A DNA stretch of 64,000 bases from contig BDGG01000001.1 of the NCBI GenBank assembly GCA_001949185.1, positions 1,236,263 to 1,300,262 on the forward strand. The letters run 5' to 3'. Both the position numbers and the translations under genes were made by a program. Below are positions 1-12,807 of the stretch, in pieces (position 1 is the first letter of the stretch; each line of letters begins with the position of its first letter). A model generated the notes under the pieces. The model was not told where the DNA came from, ran no database searches, and saw only the letters and a program-made list of their open reading frames with translations. The stretch comes from Ramazzottius varieornatus. Its lineage: Eukaryota; Animalia; Tardigrada.

Positions 1-35
1 ACTTCTGTGACACTTCTCTCAGGGACTCCCTTCAC

Positions 36-1622
36 ATGGCTTCCAGGAAACTCAAGACCGCTGGTCAGGTTAACAAAGAGCTGATGGTGGAAGCGGCCAT
101 CAAGGCTGTCAAGGAAAGAGGACTCAGCGAGAACGCAGCTGCGGTGGAGTTTGGAGTTTGCCGAATGACGATGCGCCGTCGGATAGAAAATCCAAATCCT
201 GAACCTCACGGTGGGAAAACGAAATTTCCTCAATGGGCAGAAGACATCTTGGCAAGTTTTCTTCTCAACTGCAGTGGTATGGGAGTCCCATTGAACCGAT
301 ACCATTGCGTCCAGTTGTTTTCGGAGCTGGCTACTGAGATTGGTGAGTGAATGAAATTATTGCTGGATAGTTACCAAATGGGATTCCCAATACGAGTATT
401 ATTCCCAGGATTACAAGCGGTGTTGTTCTGATTTCCAGGCATCACGAAAACGTCGTTCGAGGATCACAAGTTTTTCTCGCGGTTCTTGTCAAGACATAAG
501 GAGCTGTCAATGCGGATTACCCATGCGACAAACCGCAAAAAAGACCGTGAGTGGACAACTGAGCGCTGCGAAGAATATATCCAGAAGCTACAGAAACTTA
601 AAGACGGAGGATTCCTCGAAAGGCCCGAACAAGTTTGGAACTTGGATGAGACTGCTTTCAACACGGCACGGATGTATAATCGAGTCGTTGCACGGAGAGG
701 AGTGAAGCAGATCCCGTCTCAGTTTGATGGCAACGAAAAGGAGTGCGTTACCATACTTCCATGCGGTAATGCTGCTGGAGTCCAGCTGAAACTTCTGGCG
801 CTTTACGCAGGAAAAGTCCATGTTCAGTCTAGGTTGGATGGTACTTTCGACATGATCTACCACGCAGTGAACTCTTCTGGCTACATGGATCAAATTCTCT
901 TCGCAAATTACATCAAGAAGGAAGTTCTCCCAGCCATCACAGAATTATTGGTAAGGCAGTGTAGTTGCGTGTGACGTCATTACTTTCGGTTTTGCCGCTG
1001 TTACGGTGACCATTATAGCGGAACACTATTGTAACGTGATGCGCCTCATCATAATGATATTCAAGGGAATCCCTTTAAATGGTGACTTGGTTTTACTTAT
1101 AGACAGTCATCTTTGTGGACGGCCATTTTTCCCACGTCAACAACCTACTGTTGGTTCGATACTGTCAAGACTTCTTCAAGGATACTGGAAAGCGTGTCGA
1201 AATATTTTGTCTTCCCGTTGGCCAAACCAATCATCTTCAACCTTTCGATGTGTCTGCTTTCGGCGGAATTAAGAAGAAATGGCACAGTTACTCGCGAAAT
1301 GCTTTGGCTGGCGGAATGGTTCGTGAATCTGTTTCACTTATTCCGTTGTTATGTGTCGTAAACCGGTGCCTTTTCGTAGATCACGAAAGACAACTTCCTT
1401 TCCCATATTGTGAAGCTCTGGTTTCACGAAGACGGTTGTCCCGAGAAGTTCGCTTTTAGAGCTGGAGAATGCCTTAAATCTGGATTCCAGAAATGCGGAT
1501 TATTTCCTTTCTCACCCGAGGTTATCAGAAACACAGTCAAAGCTCAACACGATCCAAATAAATTTAACTGTGGAGTCCACATTAATGCGGTGAAAGATTT
1601 TCGAAAACTTCGAAGAATCTGA
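36..1622 (+). mobile_element. pogo/Tigger-family DDD transposase (or domesticated derivative), 4 exons
   Basis: Exons ~36-342, 439-950, 1103-~1318 and ~1380-1622 with GT-AG sites that join in frame. N-terminal Psq-like and CENP-B-like HTH. Catalytic motifs WNLDET, VDGHFSH and LQPFDV, then SGFQKCGLFPF. No TIR seen, but the 5' flank lies outside the window. Confidence 0.85.
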
Positions 1623-1938
1623 AGGCAACAAGACTTACGAGAGTAACTGTTGGCTTCCAAACCCTTTGACGGTTGGGCCTATTTGCAAGAGTAACGGTAG
1701 CGCTTGATTGATTGAGACCTCTTGACACTGAGTGAGGCCACAAGTCTGCACCACAACAGACCATGTCAACAATCGATTAATTTTAATTTTAATTTTTTAT
1801 CACAAATTCTGGAAGATCCAAGGTGCCTTCTCTCCGAACTCCGGATCGACAGGAAGTCTACAGGGTCTGAGACCAACGTCGCCATATCGGAAGACCACGT
1901 GCTAGTTGAACACCGGAGAGCAGAAAGGCACTCCGAGG

Positions 1939-2250
1939 ATGGACATCAGTCGTAAGACGGACGCTTTCAAGGCTAATCTTTGTCGTAAATATTTCATAGG
2001 TGGTTTCGCCTTCCTGCCTTTCCTTTGGCTAGTCAACGTCATCTGGTTCTTCAAAGACGCTTTCCTGAAGGACACCCCGACTAACATGGAGGTTCAGCGG
2101 ATACGTGGATATGTCATCAAAAGTCTCGTTGGTTGCTGCATCTGGACAGCTGCGCTGGCTGCTTGGATCGTTGTCTTCCAAACACATCGCGTGGAATGGG
2201 ACGAGCTGGGTGATCGCCTGTCCTTTATCATTCCTCTTGGCATGTCGTGA
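1939..2250 (+). CDS. PSENEN: Gamma-secretase subunit PEN-2, single coding exon
   Basis: 103 aa with LCRKYFIGGFAFLPFLWLVNVIWFF and C-terminal GDRLSFIIPLG, the characteristic PEN-2 motifs. Confidence 0.95.
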   Translation: MDISRKTDAFKANLCRKYFIGGFAFLPFLWLVNVIWFFKDAFLKDTPTNMEVQRIRGYVIKSLVGCCIWTAALAAWIVVFQTHRVEWDELGDRLSFIIPLGMS

Positions 2251-2930
2251 AAGGACTCAAAACCTGTATAGAAATGTCTTTTTTTCGTCAGCATTTGCGC
2301 GTTCGTTCATTTGTACTTTGACGTAGAGTGTACAACGTCACGAAATTTTCGACTTGTTTGTGAATTCGAGCAGCAGTTAGCGCGTATCTCTGACGTCGGC
2401 GCGTCTAACTGGTCTTCAAATTGCGTGTACTGTACTGACATGACACACATGCTAAGCACGGCCTTGTTCGCGCACTGGACAGTGGTCTTCGTGCAGGCAA
2501 CAGTCGTCAAAAACATCTGACTCCAATAATATTATTTAATAATAAGAAAATGCAGTAAGGTACATACAGCGCACAATAGAAGAAGCTAACAAAGGAGCAA
2601 AAACGGGATCGCCGCCATAAAAGCAGCCTTCCGTTCGTAAGACAGGCACCAGCGAGACTCTTGCAGGAAAAATACGTCGTACATCGTACCGAAGGCAGAA
2701 GATAAAAAGCGAAAACGAAGCACAGGTAAAATTAGTCAGCAAATATGACGGACATATTAACGAGCTACCATTCCAGGATGAAAGCTCATAATAGTAAAAG
2801 ATAGAACATATTATACTATACTAGCACACTTTCCCCGTCGTTTCTAACGGTACGTGCAATAAAAATGAAAAGAAAAGATAAAATGGGTCTATCAAACTCT
2901 TCATTAGTCTTTTTCTGGAACGATTCTCTC

Positions 2931-4641
2931 CTAAGCATTTCGCCAGTTAAATGCGGGTCCAAACTTGTAGACCAGCTTCTTCGGGTAGCCATGCTTCTCG
3001 AACGTCACCAGAATATTCGTCGCGTAATAATACCTGAAAACAAATTGAAAACTCGTAAGAAAAACCAAGAAAATAACGACGAAGTAGTTTATCTTACCGC
3101 ATCGCCCGGCTGAACTTCTCGTAGGTCATCTTCGGGTTGGCCTTCTTCATTCCCCACAGTCTGGCCACTTCAACAGACTGAAGAATGCGGAAGATCCCTT
3201 CCTCCTGATTTTCCCATTTAACCAGTAGCTTGCCTTCGTAGATGGGGTTCCTCAGCAAATCGCAGACGAAGTTTATCAGCTTCTTTCCTCCATTTTCCTC
3301 TTCTACAAAAAAAGAAAATATCGAAGACCAGCAGTAGGTAAGAGAAATGTTTGCTGAAACTTTCATACCAGGTCGATATTCCCCAAGAACCTTCTTCTTC
3401 TTTATGGCATTCTTGTACTTCTTGGGTCGGTGCTTGTCATCGTCTTTATTAGCCAAGCAGGCTGAGGCAGGAACGTAAATGGTTAGAGGGAGATGTGCTC
3501 GGGGATTTGGCTTCTTCAGGCCTTTTCGCGAAGAGACTTGGACTTCCTCGTTATCGTCATCTGAATCGGAATCAGAATCCGAGCTGGGCGAGTCGTCCGT
3601 GCTCGAATCTGAATCGGTGCTATCTTCATCCGAGTCGTCGAAATCTAGGAAAAAAATAGGAAGAATGAACAGGAATTCTGAAGAGACTTTCAGTCACCGA
3701 TAATTTTCATCCTGATTTTTCTGAACAAAATTCGAAATTCTTACCGCTGGTTTTCAGACTGTGTTGAACGTTGTTTTCCACCACGGAGGTGGCTCTTCGT
3801 AGAGGAACTAGATTACTCAGAGACATTTTGGCAGGAAGGGCAGCGTGAGCGTTGGTGGAGGAGTCATCGACGAAGAATTCCACCACGTCCACATCAGCGT
3901 CGAAAGACACATCCTTGTTCTGTTCCTTAAATCTCTTCACTCCTCCTTCCCCTCCGTTGGAACCTACGGACAAAGCCAGAATTTCGGATGTTCCATATGC
4001 GCTTCACGATGGTCAGGAAGTATTATACCGTCAGGATCATCTGAGGAGAAGTTCGGAACTTGTGAAGGAGAAGATCGGTCAGATTTCGGGGAAGAAACAG
4101 ACGAAACGATGCAGTCGTCATCGTACGATCTTTTCCCTGTTGAATACGCCTTAGACCCGTCTGCAAACATAAAAAAGACCTTCGTTCAAGTACTTGGATT
4201 TGCAAAGGCACGTGACAGACTTACCTCGATACGACGGAGGAGCTGGAGGAATTTCTGACGGATTATTCTACGAGAACGAGACATCAACCCAATCAACGGT
4301 CAAAGGATGAGCACGCTTAAAGTACCGTGCAGTCAATCGACAATCAACGCAACGTTTAATGGTAAATCGCTGCTGAAAATTTGGAATAAGCAAGAAACTA
4401 AGAAATAGTTTACCTGAGAAATGTTGGAGATTCCACTGAACTTTAGGGAGAATTCCGACTCTTGCCTGACGCCAGAATAATCGGGGAAGCTCGGCAAAGG
4501 AGATTTGCCACCAGAAAACTTGTCTGGTGTGGAGAAGAAAGAATCCGTGAGAGGGCTTTTCAGCAGGCTGGCGTTCGACGAGTAACGCGTGTTTCCGCTG
4601 TTGGATCTGTAGCACCGCAAAAAGCGCGATGTCTCCGGCAT
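2931..4641 (-). CDS. ETS-domain transcription factor (ESE/ELF-like), multi-exon
   Basis: ETS domain LINFVCDLLRNP...KWENQEEGIFRI...VARLWGMKK...MTYEKFSRAMR spliced to YYY...KKLVYKFG (last exon 3033-2931). Ser-rich and acidic upstream exons. The start at 4641 is tentative. Confidence 0.88.
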
Positions 4642-5472
4642 CTTGAGTACTTCAGGAGTTTAAAAGATCAAAAGTACAACGAAGAAACGGCCATGAGGAT
4701 GGCGCCAACCTGTGCAGAAACTGGGACAGCTGAAACAAGGAAGAAGACTGAACATTCTCTTCAGGCATTTTGACCATGGGCTAGATCTTTCTGTCAAGCT
4801 ACCAATCAAGCCTCACTTTCCTTCACAAAGTTGTTGCAGGTTAGCGCTGAATTTCGCAGTACGTTGAAAGTCAAGCTCATTGTCAGTCTACAGCAGTATC
4901 TCCTATATCCGGTTCGTTCTTTAAACCCGGAAGTGGTCTGTCCAGCAGGCAGACCGATGGATCAGTGCGAAAATGAAGCCCGGTGGTACCAATTTCCGTT
5001 CCACTTTGTACAATCTTGGCTGTAACCGGATTCTTTACGTCACGAATTGTGATCATTGAATACGACAGCAACCACGATACTCACAAACTGACATGAATCA
5101 GCTGATTCGTATGGTGCTGCGTGACCATCCGAAAGGACGACGGGTGCGCAGTACGCAGTCGGAGACGCACAGATACATTCCACTTTCTCACCAAAAAGAA
5201 AGCTGTTCCAGTACGCAGGACCGTACCGTGCGCGACAGAAGTTTTGCACTGTTTGCTCAACAGAATTTTCTGTGTGACTGATTTAGTGATTTTCTGTCTG
5301 TTGTATTTACATCTCTCGTGTCTTCTTTCTCCATCGAGTTCAAGGTCTGATGTCGTACGGTTCCTGAAGCACATCCGAAGGAGAGAACCTGGAGTATTCC
5401 TGAAAGCGTTCATAGAGAGACGAGACCATTCTTTTGTTTTTGGACGAAGTGGAGCGATGACGAAGGTGATCG

Positions 5473-8400
5473 ATGTCTTGGAAGGAAGATGATGTGCCTT
5501 TGATCGACCTCTCTTTTGTTTCCCTCGAACGAAGCCAGCTTCTTCTACCCGAATCCACCCCGCGATCATTAAGTCCCTTCACTGAGCTACCCATGGAGCA
5601 CATCGAGGAACATCCAGAGGTGCCTGACCACGAACTGAAGGACGTCTTCGAAGTCGATGTACGTCAACGAGATTCTTCTGGCAGCTTGAATCAATTTACT
5701 CCTCGTTCACGACCGCGAGCTCAGTCATCCACTTCACGACACCTTCACCTCACTCGTGGATCATCCTCGGATCCGGCCATACCACAGAACGATGAGGGAA
5801 TTATGTTCTCGTCTGGTTCTGGCTCGGGAAGACCTTTTCTACAGCCCTGCTGCTCGGCGGAAGTCAATCGCGTGCGATGGCGCATTCGCTTCTTTTTCAT
5901 GGATCCTATCCAGAAATGGCGGCACAAGCACCAGTTCCCGTGGAAGCTCTTTCTTCAAGTCATCAAAATCATCTTTGTTACCATTCAGGTACGAAAAATT
6001 CGTCGAGAGTCTGGAAGAAATCGCAAAACTTTTCAGCTGCAAACAACGAGCTTCAATAATCTAGTGTTTTGTGTGAGTGGAATATTCCGATTGGTCGACA
6101 GAACGAAAGGATGCACTGCTTATGCTGACTTAATCCAATGGTTTTCCTGGCCGTTGCGCGCGTGTCGCAGTGCATAATGGTGGGCAGTATTTGCTCCGCC
6201 TCTTTTGCTAAGTAAATTTGGTTTGTTCTTCCAGCTTGTGATATTGGGAAACGAACGATACACTTTCGCCACTTTCCTGAAGCAGAACACCGTCTCCTTC
6301 CGCCACCTTCTTCTGCAAAACTGGAACGACCCCGACATTCCCGTAGCAGTCTACCCAAACACCGGCCTGTACGCAGTTTACACCAAGCAAGAGTTTTACG
6401 AGAAGGTGGACTTTGCGGTAAACCAGTTCGTCAACATGCGGGAGGTCGCCATTGGCAGCTACCATTATGCTCACTCACCCAACGATACGTCCCTCTTCCG
6501 GTTCTGCAAACGCGAGTTCATGGACGCGCACATCTTCCCACAGAACCACTCGTTTGTCTACGACTCGGAGATCAACGAGACTTGTGTATCAGTGAACTTC
6601 TTCGACGTCCCTAATGGCACTTTCTCCATCCAGACTTACTTGAGCGATCGAAACGCCAGCTTGATTTTCGATCAGCTCATCGACGCCAAGCTGCTTTTTA
6701 CTGTCCGGTCAGTAGCCCTGCAAGCGGACGATCCCGAAGACGAACCTGGCTGCTACGTTTTTGATGTCATTGTAAGATTATTAACTCAACCCGGAAGTAG
6801 CGTATAAGGTTGCCTCGACTCATCATGCTTCTTGTTGCAGGTTTACTTCGATAACACTGGACACAATGGACAAATTCCCGTGAACCTGGACATGGACGCT
6901 CATGTCGTTCCGTGCAATGGGAAGCTCCTGTTCGACGATACCGACTCAGTGTGGGATATCCTCGTGGACGTCTTGGACGCTTCCATCCTTGTCGTCTGCA
7001 TCGCTTCGCTCCTGTTATGCCTTCGGGCTTTGTACAATGCTGAAGTTCTGAAAGGTAGGTGTTTTTTCCATTGGTTATCCTGTCTCACTTGAGTAACATT
7101 TTAGAATATCTGGCAGCTGGGCAAGCGAACTCAACCAGATCGTTGTTCCCAAGAGGTGCACGCTTCCACCCAATATCACTAGAAACTTGCGCCACTTGAT
7201 GATATCAACGAATCTGACAAGATTTTTTTACACGTGGCGCACCCTTACAGCCAAAAATACCGATAATGTGCGTCTCTTGGAAAAAAGTGATTGTCGGTTG
7301 TTTCCCGAGCTTCTGGGCCCCTTATTCTCGAAAGTGTTTTATACTTTGGCAATTTCATTTCTGATATTTATTTTGGCCCATCTTGTAGGTAGTGTGATAG
7401 TGTTCTTCCGGCAGCAGCTCGGTGTAGAGCTGACCAAAGACGAGCGGATGGAATTCATCAACCTTTGGTATGTCATGATTGTTGTCAACGACATTCTGAC
7501 CATCTGCGGTACGGTGGTTAAGCTGCGTATTTCCTCGGCCACCATTACTGAACTCTCCCTGTACAATGCATGTGGTATGCTGTTGGGTATTGGGAATCTG
7601 TTGGTCTGGTTCGGTGTCCTGCGGTACCTGGGCTTCTTCAAGACGTACAACATCCTGATTTTGACGGTCAAACGAGCTTTACCGAATGTCATGCGGTACT
7701 TGACTTGTACCTTGTTCATCTTTTGTGGCTTCTCTTTTTGTGGATGGATCATTTTGGGTCCATATCATGTGAAATTCCAGGTTCGTTTTTAGCACACTGA
7801 TCGTCGGCAAATACTTTACACATGATTGTTTTCCCAGGTGGCGTACACCTTCAGCCAATAACAAATGAGAGCGTGCGCCACTTGAGATGACGCTATTTTT
7901 AGTTCATTTACCGAAGTGCCCTATTCTCTTTTGTCTATCGAAACAGTTTCTCACCTCGCATTAATTTTGTAGACGTTCCATTCGACCACGGAAACGATTT
8001 TCTCCTTGATCAATGGTGACGATATGTTCGCGACGTTCGCCATTCTTCCCTTCTCCAACACGATGATTTGGTACTTTTCACGGTTGTACCTGTATGTGTT
8101 CATATGCATGTTTACGTACGTGGTACTGTCGTTGATGATTTCCCTCATCATGGACGCTTATGGAACTGTGAAGGTAATTTTCCAGACCAATTGGGAACTT
8201 TGCAAACAAGTTGGACAAGATTGTTTGCCTAAGTGGCGCCTATTCTCAGTATCACTAGCTGGTGGAATGCACCACTTGACAGAACGATCTTGTCGACTTT
8301 GTTATCCCAAGTGGCGCCCACTTCCAGTGTTTTTGGCTGGAAGCGTGCGCCGCACGAAAAACAATCTTGTCAAGTTGGTTTTACCGAGCTCCCAAATTAC

Positions 8401-8763
8401 GAATTTGATTTCGAATGGTTTTGTTTTCTGTCCGTACTTCGTTTCGCGTATTTTTTGAAATATTCTGTGGTGTCATATTCTCAGGATTACTACGAGCAAG
8501 GTGGACCTTCGTCGCGTCTGGCCGACTTCCTCACCGAGCCGATGACGGTTCCAAGCGAGACTTGTCCGCGTCATGCAAACCTCCAACGAACGACCAGCCT
8601 CACCAGCTTTGGAGCTCCGTTCGTCAAGCAGGAATCTAGAGGCATTTTCAAGTGGCTGAGAAAGTTTGTCTTCCGTGACGAAGACGAACCTCCAAGGAAT
8701 GTCGGCGGCGATCTACACAACAGCAGCTGGATTCCTCATCAGCCACTACACAACGAAAGCTGA
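5473..8763 (+). CDS. MCOLN: Mucolipin / TRPML cation channel, 6 exons
   Basis: Exons 5473-5988, 6235-6771, 6841-7054, 7389-7780, 7973-8173 and 8485-8763. Motifs RFFFMDPIQKW..FPWKLFLQ, FINLWYVMIVVND, GNLLVWFGVLRYLGFF, GWIILGPYHVKF and pore FSLINGDDMFATF. Confidence 0.95.
7141..7285. repeat. Intronic inverted-repeat unit family (2 units), TRPML intron 3
   Basis: caagaggtgca..tgcgccacttg and cacgtggcgca..tgcgtctcttg. Confidence 0.75.
7824..7892. repeat. Intronic inverted-repeat unit, TRPML intron 4
   Basis: caggtggcgta-N28-tgcgccacttg. Confidence 0.8.
8218..8375. repeat. Intronic inverted-repeat units (2), TRPML intron 5
   Basis: taagtggcgcc..tgcaccacttg and caagtggcgcc..tgcgccgcacg, flanked by agattg/acgatct-like arms. 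Confidence 0.75.
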
Positions 8764-11700
8764 CAAGTGAAATTTAGCCCTCGGATTTTCGCGCGATTGT
8801 TTCTTTTAACGTCCTCTGATGCTCTTTCAGTTTCCTTGCCTCACACTAATCAGTGCCTCGTAAAGCATTTTTGACGACTGATGGCAAGACTAGGTTTGCC
8901 AGTGATTCAAACGTTGCATATTTTTAACCTTGGTTTGAAGATAAAAATAAACTGGCGAGAAATCTACTGTGTTTCTCAGTGAGATTTCTTCGGCGTGGAA
9001 GATCGATTGTGTTTTGGTCAGGAATCTTCGACAGAGTGGTAAGAGGGTCGTTAGTTACGAAACACCGAGCGAACTTTGCTGGCCATTTAGTTCGTTCGCT
9101 AAGCTTTATCGTGAAGCAAGTGGCGGAAGCGGCGTTTTTACAGCTGAATAATGGCCGTCTTGACTTGGTCTTTAGATCTCTTTGCCGAACAAATTGCCGT
9201 GCTTCCAAGACTCAACTTAGCACGCAGCTAAAATGGTTTGACTCGTGAGTTATGCAGCCCGGCGGCAGTGTGATTCATATTTCGGTCACTTATACTCTAT
9301 GAAAAGTGACTTTGTATCAACGTGTTATTCAAATATTACGATATCAAACTCGACAGCTGCCGTACAGCTGCTGTTGACCATGCCGTAATATTTATCTCTT
9401 CCGGTCCATAGGCTCAACATTCTTGAGATAACCCGACCTTGAAATGGAACTTACGAACCAAAAATATTTGCTAACCAGGAAACCAAAGCTGCAATGATCA
9501 CAACAAGGAAGTAAACTTTGCTCTTTCGGCAAATCAACCCAAAACCTTTGCGTTTCCGGTCATTTTATAACATCATACAGTGATGTAATGCGGTATCACA
9601 CTACATAATTACAGGACAACTGAACGAGGAAGTCCATTGTGAAAAGTCCAGAAAGGACTCCGCTTGACGTCGTTCAGAGCTCGCTGCTATTACTCAAATT
9701 GGCAGCCATCACTGCTGTCCTTTGTCAAAGGGAATAAGGCGAGTGTGACTGTGTGAGTGGCAAATTCGGACACACTCCAATTTCACGAGTCGAAAAGTGG
9801 CCTGGCCAGATCGATTTTCACAGATATTACGATCTGTGGTCGTTCCCTTTCATCGAACAAAAGACCTGCGAACGCATTTAGCTCGATTGCCTGACCGCTG
9901 GTAGCCACCGTAATTTGGTGAGAAGAAAAAGGGTTGACGCTTATCGATTGGGAAGCTAGCAGTGAATACAGGATGAGGAAGGAGGATACAAAGAAAGAAT
10001 TTTAGATCCGTCCCTGGTGACTTACTGCATCTTAGTTATCCATTACGCATCCTTCTTCCTCTTCAATCGAGCTTGGTCTCACAGGACTTTAGAAACACGT
10101 ACCGGTTATGTAATGCTAGACTGTGTCTCTTCCCTTCGGGAAGCTCCCCTTGGTGTCATCCGGCTTGCTGATAAAGATGAGACTTACGAGACTCTCCCAT
10201 CCCGCGCCGTAGCGCGTGACCTGATCGATCGCTCAGCAAAATTCGCTCGCACGAAATGCGATCCTCATCAGGAGCGCCAGCTCTCATCTCTCAGCTGCCT
10301 GCCTCAACCAGCTACCGGATCAAGAGGGATGGGAACAGGGATAATCCCCTACTCTTGTTCCTGTGGGCTAGTGTGCTTGAGGCAGCTTCCCTTTTCGTTC
10401 ATGAACTTGCGAGAGAGACAGCGAGAAGGAACAAGGAAGCATTTCCTCGTGCAATCAGTACAGTCCTGTCCCGGTTCTCTACATCCGCTTGAGCACCCGG
10501 TCGGTTTTTCCTGCTGTTTTGAAATGAGCGTTCAGCTTTCAGGTTCGGCCCCGGGTAAACCGTGACTGAAGTCTGGAGTTTTACTGTCATCTGGTGAAGT
10601 ACTTTCTTTCGGAGAAACAAATCTGGCAGTCCTGATCGTAACTCTTCGGACGACTTCCTGTGTACCGTTCTAAAATAGACGCACTCTTCACCGGAGAATC
10701 GATTTGATATTGTGGGAAGTTTGCCTGGTTGAGGTAGACGTTTGACGTTTGCAGGAAGGGCGAAGAGAAAGATCTGCATATGCGTGTTGATGTTTGAGTG
10801 AGAGATCAGGCATCTGTTCTGTCGATACTTGCCCCATCCTGGCCGTATCCTTCCTCTTCTGCTTCCCCTTTTTACTTTAACCAGAGTCATCCGTCTGTTC
10901 CCATCTGGCAAGCCTCATTGAGCAACCTTCAACCTTCTCGTTTCATTTGATTTTCATCAGCCATAAATACACCACGGGACAGACAGGGTCCGTCGATCAG
11001 TTGCCCATATCTCAGAAAGCTACTGTCTCTGTTATATGTCCATATCTTGTTTGTCTTATGAATTAAATGGTCAGTAATTCATTACTCTTCCCATTTTGAC
11101 TTTCTGGCGCAGACGACTCTTCTCTCTTCACACGTCCGTGAACTTCATTGAAAGATGGCTGGTCAGCAGTCAGACATTCAACTTTGAAGTGGATACTAAA
11201 GCTCCAAAGGCGCAGTCCACCGTGTCAGCAGCAGCTGTCGAGAACCGAGTTTACCCCCGACGACGGACGCGTAAGTCAATACTTAGGCATGACACACCTC
11301 ACCTGGGTAGAACAAAGCCGTACACTGTCTTGTCAGCCCCGTGACGTGTCATGTGTCATGTTACCAACACCCGTCTTACATTTCCACCTTTCCGCTTTCG
11401 TCCATCAGGAGCTACCAATATCTCTGCTGTTTTGCGTAAAACAAGTCAAAGCATTCGTTGGAATAACTAAACGACCATTAGATCTTGAGAGCGAGAAGCG
11501 GACAAAGATAGAAGAACAAGAAACAAAAATCCTACAATCAAGAGTTCAAAACAACTTTTGCAGTGACGTCAGTAGTTATTGCGTCGTGTAGTACACTAGT
11601 TGAATCTTGCTTTCGATACAGCAGCGCAAAGAAACTCAGAGCGGTGCGGCAGATTCTACTGATTGGTTTGGTCGCCCTCTTTTCTTCTGAATCTGCCGAT

Positions 11701-12807
11701 CTTCTTTCGACACGACTGTCGCTTCTTGACTCACTGGACCAAACCCATCACTTACTAATCAGGGTGTATCATTTCCAGGTGTTTCGGAAGCTGGAAAAAA
11801 ACCACTTGAATAACCCTGAAGGAGCAAGTTCACGTGCTACGAGATAAGTGATGAGTCAAGACCGCCACTGCCAAGCTTGACAGCCCACCTCTCGCATTTT
11901 GCTCGTACTGTTGGAAGCCCGGCCAACACGAATACAAGTCTGAAGGACAGGAAAGCTTCGTGCATTCTCTCCATCATGCAAGAATGACGCTGAGGCAGCA
12001 ACGTGTTGTTGAAAAGCAGAACCGGTTATGACGCTTTGATCGAAGTAAGCCTGTATATCTGCCTTCAAAGTCGACCACGGAACAGAGTTTTACTTTCTAC
12101 CTCGTATGGTTGCAGGCTGGCTCCGTGGTCTGGTCTATAACGAGGAGCATAGAGGATCATCAAGAGCGTGACGCGAGACACGAGGAATAATCATCGGCTG
12201 TCTGCTGCTCTCCGAGCTCTCCTGCATCTCTCTTCCCTCCACAGTGGTTCAACTATTTTTGCTGCCTTTTTTGTGGTGAAAAGGAGCAAAATATTTTTGC
12301 CATCTCTTTTCATCGTGCTCCACTTGTCTTTCTCACCGCATCGAGCTCGTGAGTCGTGGTTATTTCTCTTGCTGGCCTTTTGGAAATAATCGTGCCGGAA
12401 TGACCTAAAATTGATCGGTATGCGCAGTAATCTCTTCATACTTTCTCATCGCTTACACATCCTTATCGTATGTTTTTCTTTTTCCTGTTTGTCGCTGATA
12501 ACAGAGGAATTTTTTGGGGTTCCCTCGAAGGTCTTTTGACTGTTCATGCAGGAAAAACCTGAGTTTTTAATTTCGGTGTTTACGATTCGATCGATCAAGG
12601 TTTCCAGTCTACACAGTCTAGTTGGTTTTGATTGTTTGTTTACCGATTACTACAAGGCTACCGCTAGTGGTGCAGCATTGGTTTAATGCTTGATTGTTGG
12701 TTCGAGCTTTCTGTTTTACAGATTGCTTCTGCTTTCCTTCGTCGACTTCATCGATTTCCTTCGGAGAAACTTCCTTCTCTCCCCGTATTCCTGCGTTCTC
12801 CGCAGCT

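Noticed and set aside
9300-12600. Several 100-180 aa ORFs, one region with a KKRGRP AT-hook-like motif
   Set aside because: No coherent exon chain or recognisable domain, and frequent stops.
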